Shown here: positions 58,946 to 64,000 of the stretch, in pieces
Layout: each line of letters starts with the position of its first letter
How positions within the stretch are numbered: the stretch's first letter is position 1
DNA from: Phycisphaerales bacterium
GTDB lineage: Bacteria; Planctomycetota; Phycisphaerae; Phycisphaerales; UBA5793
Direction: 5' to 3'
NCBI GenBank assembly: GCA_026647365.1
Contig: JAPKGW010000011.1
Span: forward strand, 49,881 to 113,880
DNA: 64,000 nt
The notes under the pieces: model-generated
The model's input: the letters and a program-made list of their open reading frames with translations, nothing else
Told to the model about the DNA's origin: nothing
The model's database searches: none
Program-made: the position numbers and the translations under genes

Positions 58946-60106
58946 TCACAGCCGGCCGCGAAGCGCAATCTGCGCGGCGGTGACGGGGCTGGCGGTGAGC
59001 ACGCGCGCCACGCGGCGCGTGCTCACATTCGCCACGGCCGTCGCGACCACGGTGAGCGGCCCGCCTTCACCAGTGTGTTGCTGCAGGTCGCCGAGGGCGT
59101 TGACGCACGCGGCGCATCCCGGCAGGCCGACGTCGCATCCCGCCGCCTCGAAGACGCTTGCGAGGCTCGGTCCGCCATCGCCAAGCGGCTCCTCGCGGAG
59201 AAGCGCCACGTCACGCGCCGACGCCGGCGCAATGACCGTCGGCACGTGCACGCGCCGGCCCGCGAGCACGCGGGCCGCCAGGCGCAGATCCGCCACGCTG
59301 CCCGTCGTGCATGAACCGATGTAGACTCGATCCACGTCCGTCGGCTCGATGCCGTGCGCCGGTCGTGCGGTCTCGCCTTCGCCCAGCATCGGCTCGATGC
59401 CGTCGAGAAGCAACGTGCACTCGGCCGGCGCGGAGTCCACGGCGTGATCGTGCATGAAGACCGTTTCCGCCGGCGAATCGCCAAGGAGAAGGGCGCACAG
59501 CGACCGCGTCAGTGACTCATCGGGCGCCGGCCGCCAGTCGATGTCCGCCCATGACTCACTCATCATGCGCGGCCGCAGTGCGATGGCAACGTCGTGGGCC
59601 GTGCATCCCTCGCTCAGCGCGCCTTCAAGGCGGATGCGCTGCACGCGCGGGCGCTGCACCCACATGCGGCCGGTCGCGAGCAATCCCGCGAGGTCCAGCG
59701 CCTGGGCCGCGAGCGTAACGCATCCGCGCGCTGCGGCCGCGGCGTCCGGCCGCCGGGCTGAGGCGATCACGCTTCCGCTCCGCCAGTCGAGAGAGGGGCT
59801 GCATCCTTCGTCGCAGGACCCCGCCTCATGCACAAATGCCACATCGTGCTCGCCGGCGAACTCGCGCAGCAGTTCATGAGCACCCAGGCGATCAGGCGGC
59901 GCGCTCTCCGGATCGACGGTGGACACGACGCGGACTTTCTCCGGCCGGGCGGGACCGCGCCTCGCGTCGAAGTGCTCCGCGAAAAGGCGAAGCGCCGCCG
60001 GCCCGTGCACATCGTCAATGATGGTGCAGTCCGGCTCGATCCACGCGGCCCCGCCGATCGCCTCAAGAGGCGCCGAGCAGAGCAGTGATCGCAAGGCAGG
60101 CGTCAT
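58946..60106 (-). CDS. Aconitase/LeuC-family large-subunit-like protein with degenerate substrate motifs
   Basis: It retains [17 protein letters not shown] and LPGCAACV (cluster Cys). At the positions of GDSHT and NRNFEGR it reads IASARRPD and VANVSTRRV. No small-subunit gene is adjacent. Confidence 0.55.
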   Translation of the reverse strand: MTPALRSLLCSAPLEAIGGAAWIEPDCTIIDDVHGPAALRLFAEHFDARRGPARPEKVRVVSTVDPESAPPDRLGAHELLREFAGEHDVAFVHEAGSCDEGCSPSLDWRSGSVIASARRPDAAAAARGCVTLAAQALDLAGLLATGRMWVQRPRVQRIRLEGALSEGCTAHDVAIALRPRMMSESWADIDWRPAPDESLTRSLCALLLGDSPAETVFMHDHAVDSAPAECTLLLDGIEPMLGEGETARPAHGIEPTDVDRVYIGSCTTGSVADLRLAARVLAGRRVHVPTVIAPASARDVALLREEPLGDGGPSLASVFEAAGCDVGLPGCAACVNALGDLQQHTGEGGPLTVVATAVANVSTRRVARVLTASPVTAAQIALRGRL

Positions 60107-60192
60107 GGCGGGGAATCGTAGCGATCCGATTGAGCGGCATGCGGCCGAGACGGCGCGCTGGACAACACATTCCCCGCCGATACGCTCTGCTC

Positions 60193-60651
60193 ATGATCGC
60201 CGTCGTCCAGCGCGTGAGCAGCGCTACGGTCTGCGTCGAGGAGACCGGCTATCGCGCCGCGATCGGGCGAGGCCTGCTCATTCTCCTGGGCGTCGAGAAG
60301 GACGACGGCGTCCGCGAGGCGGATTGGCTGGCGGGCAAGTGCGCCCGACTTCGCATCTTCTGCGATGAGGCAGGCCTGATGAACCGCAGCGTGCTCGACG
60401 TGGGCGGCGAGGCGCTCGTCGTCAGCCAGTTCACGCTCGCGGGGGACTGCCGCAAAGGCAACCGGCCGAGTTTCGACCGGGCCGCGCCTCCGGAGAAGGC
60501 TGAAGCGCTCTACGAATACTTCGTGAACCGACTGCGTGCCGTCGAAGACGTGACGACACAGACAGGCGTCTTCCGTGCCATGATGGAGATCGAACTGGTC
60601 AACGATGGACCCGTCACGCTCATCCTCAGCACAGCCGGGCTGCCGTGCTGA
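60193..60651 (+). CDS. dtd: D-aminoacyl-tRNA deacylase
   Basis: [24 protein letters not shown]...G.RPSF and LVNDGPVT. Confidence 0.9.
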   Translation: MIAVVQRVSSATVCVEETGYRAAIGRGLLILLGVEKDDGVREADWLAGKCARLRIFCDEAGLMNRSVLDVGGEALVVSQFTLAGDCRKGNRPSFDRAAPPEKAEALYEYFVNRLRAVEDVTTQTGVFRAMMEIELVNDGPVTLILSTAGLPC

Positions 60652-60753
60652 ATGAGGCAGACGAACCTCGCTCGCGCCGCCGCACGCCATGCCTTGCCTC
60701 CCGCGGGGACGCGGCAAGAATGGCTGAAACTCCAGGGTAAGGAGATTCGGGTC

Positions 60754-62433
60754 ATGACTTTGAATCGACAGATTCATCCGTTTTTCGTCACCGTCCTCGG
60801 CATGTCGCTGCTCGCAGGCGGCTGCGCCACGAACGATCACCGTGCCGGTGCCGATGACCTGTCCGCGGCCCGCGCCCGTTTCTACGACGGCTACGCCGGC
60901 TATCACCGCGAGATCCGCACCACCTCGCCCGAGGCGCAGAAGTGGTTCGACCAGGGTCTGCAACTGCTCTACGGCTTCAACCACGACGAGGCGATCCGCA
61001 CCTTCCGCAAGGCCGCTGAGGTCGATCCGAACTGCGCCATGGCATGGTGGGGCATCGGCTACGCCTACGGCCTGCACATCAACAACCCTGTAATGACGGC
61101 GGAGCAGTCGCGCCTCGCCCATGAGGCGACGCAGGAAGCAGTGAAGCGCCGCCATTTCGCTGCTCCTGTTGAGCAGGCGCTGATCGATGCGCTGGCGAAG
61201 CGTTATGACTGGCCGGCCCCGGAGAACCGCCGCCCGCTCGACGAGGCATATGCGGCCGCGATGGAGCAGGCGTGGAAAGCGAATCCCGGCGACGCCGACG
61301 TCGGGACCCTCTTCGCCGAGTCGCTCATGAACCTTCAGCCCTGGGACCTGTGGACAAACTCCGGCCAGCCCAAGGGCCGCACGCTCGACGTGGTGGCCGC
61401 GCTCGAGCGCGTCCTCGAAATCAATCCGAACCATCCGGGCGCCACGCACTTCTACATTCACGCGGTGGAAGCCTCTCCCGACCCGGACCGCGCGACGGCG
61501 GCGGCCGAACGCCTCACCACGCTCGTGCCCGGCTCCGGGCATCTCGTCCACATGCCTTCGCACATCTTCGTCCGCACGGGGCGCTACGCCGACTCGGCCG
61601 ACGCGAATGAGCGGGCGATCGCCGCGGACGAGCGTTACTTTGAACTCGCGCCGACGCCTCGCTTCTACGTCCTGTATTACACGCACAACATCCACTTCCT
61701 GGCCTACTCGGCGATGATGGAAGGGCGCTACGAGACCGCCATCGCCGCGGCGCGCCGCATGGAAAAGAAGGTGCCCGGGGACTTCGTCCGCGAGTATGTC
61801 ACGATCGCGGACGGCCTGATGCCGACGGCGCTGCACGTGATGGTGCGATTCGGCAAGTGGGAGGACATCCTGCGCGAGCGGGAGCCGGAGGATTTCCGCC
61901 TGGTCAGCCGCGCGATGCGGCGCTACGCCCGCAGCGTGGCGCTCTCGGCCCTGAACCGCCCGGCCGAGGCGGAGCGCGAGATCAAGGCGTTTGACGAGAT
62001 CGCCGCGACGATCACCGACGAATGGTACATCGGCCAGAACCCGGCGAGCGTCATCCTTCCCCTCGCGCGCAGAATGATGCTCGGCGAGATGCTCTTTCGC
62101 GAAGGGCAGCGGGAGCGGGCCTTTGCAATCCTGCGCGAAGCGGTGGCGATGGAGGACGATCTCGTCTACGACGAGCCGCCGGGCTGGATGCAGCCCGTTC
62201 GCCACGCGCTTGGGGCGCTGCTCATGGCCGACGGCCGTTTCAGCGAAGCCGAAGAGGTCTATCGCGCTGACCTGGCAAGGCATCGCAACAACGGCTGGTC
62301 GCTCATCGGCCTCGAGAAGGCGCTGGCCGCGCAAGGCAAGGATCGCGCGGCGACGGAAGCAGCCGCGAAACTCGCCGCAGCCTGGACCCGCGCTGACGTG
62401 CGGCCCACCTCATCGTGTTACTGCCAGCCGTAG
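60754..62433 (+). CDS. TPR-repeat lipoprotein (conserved uncharacterised family)
   Basis: AAGGAG 10 nt upstream of the ATG. Lipobox LLAGGC. TPR-like helices (YGFNHDEAIRTFRKAAEVDPNCAMAWWGIGYAYG; NPNHPGATHFYIHAVE; GSGHLVHMPSHIF). Confidence 0.7.
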   Translation: MTLNRQIHPFFVTVLGMSLLAGGCATNDHRAGADDLSAARARFYDGYAGYHREIRTTSPEAQKWFDQGLQLLYGFNHDEAIRTFRKAAEVDPNCAMAWWGIGYAYGLHINNPVMTAEQSRLAHEATQEAVKRRHFAAPVEQALIDALAKRYDWPAPENRRPLDEAYAAAMEQAWKANPGDADVGTLFAESLMNLQPWDLWTNSGQPKGRTLDVVAALERVLEINPNHPGATHFYIHAVEASPDPDRATAAAERLTTLVPGSGHLVHMPSHIFVRTGRYADSADANERAIAADERYFELAPTPRFYVLYYTHNIHFLAYSAMMEGRYETAIAAARRMEKKVPGDFVREYVTIADGLMPTALHVMVRFGKWEDILREREPEDFRLVSRAMRRYARSVALSALNRPAEAEREIKAFDEIAATITDEWYIGQNPASVILPLARRMMLGEMLFREGQRERAFAILREAVAMEDDLVYDEPPGWMQPVRHALGALLMADGRFSEAEEVYRADLARHRNNGWSLIGLEKALAAQGKDRAATEAAAKLAAAWTRADVRPTSSCYCQP

Positions 62434-62559
62434 GCCGGCCCTCCCCGCCGGTTCATGCCGTTCGCATGTGCGCGTGAGCAGCACGGCCCTCGAAAGTCGG
62501 AGGTGTTTGACGTCGATTGCGGCGACTCGAGTGCGCCGACACGCCTGCGGCAGCGCGAC

Positions 62560-63078
62560 TCAGCGGCGCGTGCCGCCGGAGAAGGAGTCCGCGATCGATT
62601 CGCACGCGATCGTCAGTCCGTTGTGTTCAGTGCAACGCCCGTTCGTGCCGGGATGAGCGTCTGTCTTCCGGGCGTGCAGGTGCAGCGAGACGCGGTCGAT
62701 CCTCACGCCAAGCCGGACCTCGATATCGCGCAGGACATCTTCGGAGAGTTGGGCGAGGAGGCGCTCGCTCAGGTCGCCGGGGACGTCGTGAATCTCGCCG
62801 GTGTCGTCGTTGAGCAGGTGGAGATGAGGTTGAGTTTCAGCGTCGTACCGGGCGCAGCCGCAGTTGAAGGTCAGTTTGCGGCACAGTCCGGCGTCGCAGA
62901 GGGCTTCGAGCGTGTTGTAGACGGTGGCGAGGCTCAGGCCGTCGCACTCGCCGCGCACCTGCTCGAAGAGTTCCTCGGCTGTCGGATGCGTATTGGCGGC
63001 GAGAAGGCGCTCGTAGATCGCCACGCGCTGCCGCGTGCAGCGTAAACCGTGGTCCGCAAAGAGTCTCCGTGCACCCAT
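62560..63078 (-). CDS. Fur-family metalloregulator
   Basis: RCTRQRVAIYERLL...HPTAEELF...LSLATVYNTLEAL winged-helix region and a His-rich dimerisation domain (PHLHLL, IHDV, LHLH). Neither canonical CxxC pair is present. Start taken at ATG 63078. Confidence 0.75.
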   Translation of the reverse strand: MGARRLFADHGLRCTRQRVAIYERLLAANTHPTAEELFEQVRGECDGLSLATVYNTLEALCDAGLCRKLTFNCGCARYDAETQPHLHLLNDDTGEIHDVPGDLSERLLAQLSEDVLRDIEVRLGVRIDRVSLHLHARKTDAHPGTNGRCTEHNGLTIACESIADSFSGGTRR

Positions 63079-63154
63079 CGTACCAGATGTTACGGCACGG
63101 TGTCGCGGCGAGCCACCTCGAAGCGGCGGGTATTGCCAGCGCCCCCTGCCCCCC

Positions 63155-64000
63155 CTACCGGCGGCCTCCAGCCTCGCGCATCCACTCCCATTGCTTCCGC
63201 ATTCCCTCAAGCAGCCTTGTGCGTGGCTGGTAGCCGAGTTCGGCGCGACTGCGGGCCAGGTCTGCCCAGGTACGCCGCACGTCGCCGGGCTGGTCGGGGC
63301 GCCGGTCGATCAAGGCCTTGCGGCCGACGGTGTGCTCGACGGCGTCGATCATTTCGGCGAGTGTTACAGGATGCTCGCCTCCGAGGTTGTAGCACCGATA
63401 CGGCTCGACCCGGCCGCAGCGGTCGATGGCGCGCAGCACGCCGTCAATGATGTCGTCAACATAGGTGTAGTCGCGGCTGCTTGAGCCGTCGCCGAAGACG
63501 GGGATCGCCTCGCCGCGAGAGACAAGGTCGAGGAACCGGTGAATGGCGAGGTCCGGACGCTGCCTCGGGCCGAACACGGTGAAGAAGCGCAAGGCGGTGA
63601 TTGACAGGCCGTGCAGGCAGGCCGCCGTCGAGCAGAGCAGTTCCGTGGCGACCTTGGTGGCGGCGTAGGGGCTGACGGGGCGGCTGACGTCATCGCTCTC
63701 GCTGAAGGGCGCTTTCGGTTGATTGCCGTAGACGCTCGACGAACTGGCGACGACGATTCGCCGCACGCCGCGCCGCACCGTCTCGTCGAGAATCTGCTGC
63801 GTGCCGACGACGTTCACGAGCGCATAGCGAGCGGGTTCGGCAATGCTCGGGCGCACGCCGGCCCGCGCGGCGAGATGGACGACCGTGTCCGGCTGCGCCG
63901 CATCGAACGCGCGCGACACGTCGGCCTCGCGCGTGATGTCGCCTTCGATCAGCATTGCCCCGCAATCAAGCGCCGCACGGAGGTTGACCTCCTTGACCGC
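63155..64000 (-). CDS. NAD-dependent epimerase/dehydratase (SDR, UDP-sugar 4-epimerase-like), 5'-truncated by the window end
   Basis: VVHLAARAGVRPS, SSSSVYG and catalytic YAATK. The reading frame stays open upstream of Met 63955 to position 64000 (..AVKEVNLRAALDCGAM..), and the Rossmann GxxGxxG motif is absent from the window. Confidence 0.85.
   Translation of the reverse strand, partial: AVKEVNLRAALDCGAMLIEGDITREADVSRAFDAAQPDTVVHLAARAGVRPSIAEPARYALVNVVGTQQILDETVRRGVRRIVVASSSSVYGNQPKAPFSESDDVSRPVSPYAATKVATELLCSTAACLHGLSITALRFFTVFGPRQRPDLAIHRFLDLVSRGEAIPVFGDGSSSRDYTYVDDIIDGVLRAIDRCGRVEPYRCYNLGGEHPVTLAEMIDAVEHTVGRKALIDRRPDQPGDVRRTWADLARSRAELGYQPRTRLLEGMRKQWEWMREAGGRR

Overview
High-GC (about two-thirds G+C by eye), densely coding bacterial chromosomal segment with about 50 protein genes and 2 tRNA genes. 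Most of it is core metabolism and housekeeping: 2-oxoacid dehydrogenase E2/E3, paaY/paaN-type genes, corA, a giant MscK-like channel, gabD, a feoA-feoB operon with a small Cys-rich membrane ORF, a VIT1 transporter, aconitase A, a GH31 glycosidase, pyrD, carA, korAB, mcsAB, rho, rdgB, mraZ, ubiE, dtd and a Fur-family regulator. The gene content (Tat-type Rieske protein, KorAB, McsAB, an orphan mraZ, secreted beta-helix proteins) fits a Planctomycetota/Phycisphaerae-like genome, but that is inference only. I saw no rRNA, CRISPR array, transposase, integrase, prophage or recognisable defence or toxin-antitoxin system. This looks like core genome, not an accessory island. The unusual items are: (1) an uncharacterised ~105-aa four-Cys C-terminal domain shared by two otherwise unrelated secreted proteins; (2) an orphan ferredoxin-Rieske fusion protein; (3) a 1157-aa indolepyruvate:ferredoxin-oxidoreductase-family protein that has lost its Cys and TPP motifs, encoded after a polytopic membrane protein; (4) an aconitase-family protein that keeps its cluster cysteines but lacks the substrate motifs; (5) two small repeat families, namely a ~92-nt AT-rich palindromic element (2 copies) and a ~35-40-nt hairpin repeat (4 copies, two of them mirrored 3' of divergent tRNA-Arg genes); (6) a 544-nt apparently non-coding stretch downstream of orphan mraZ that ends in a minus-strand terminator. 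The many long ORFs antisense to these genes are high-GC shadow ORFs and are rejected. All function calls rest on motifs recognised by eye. No database search was run.
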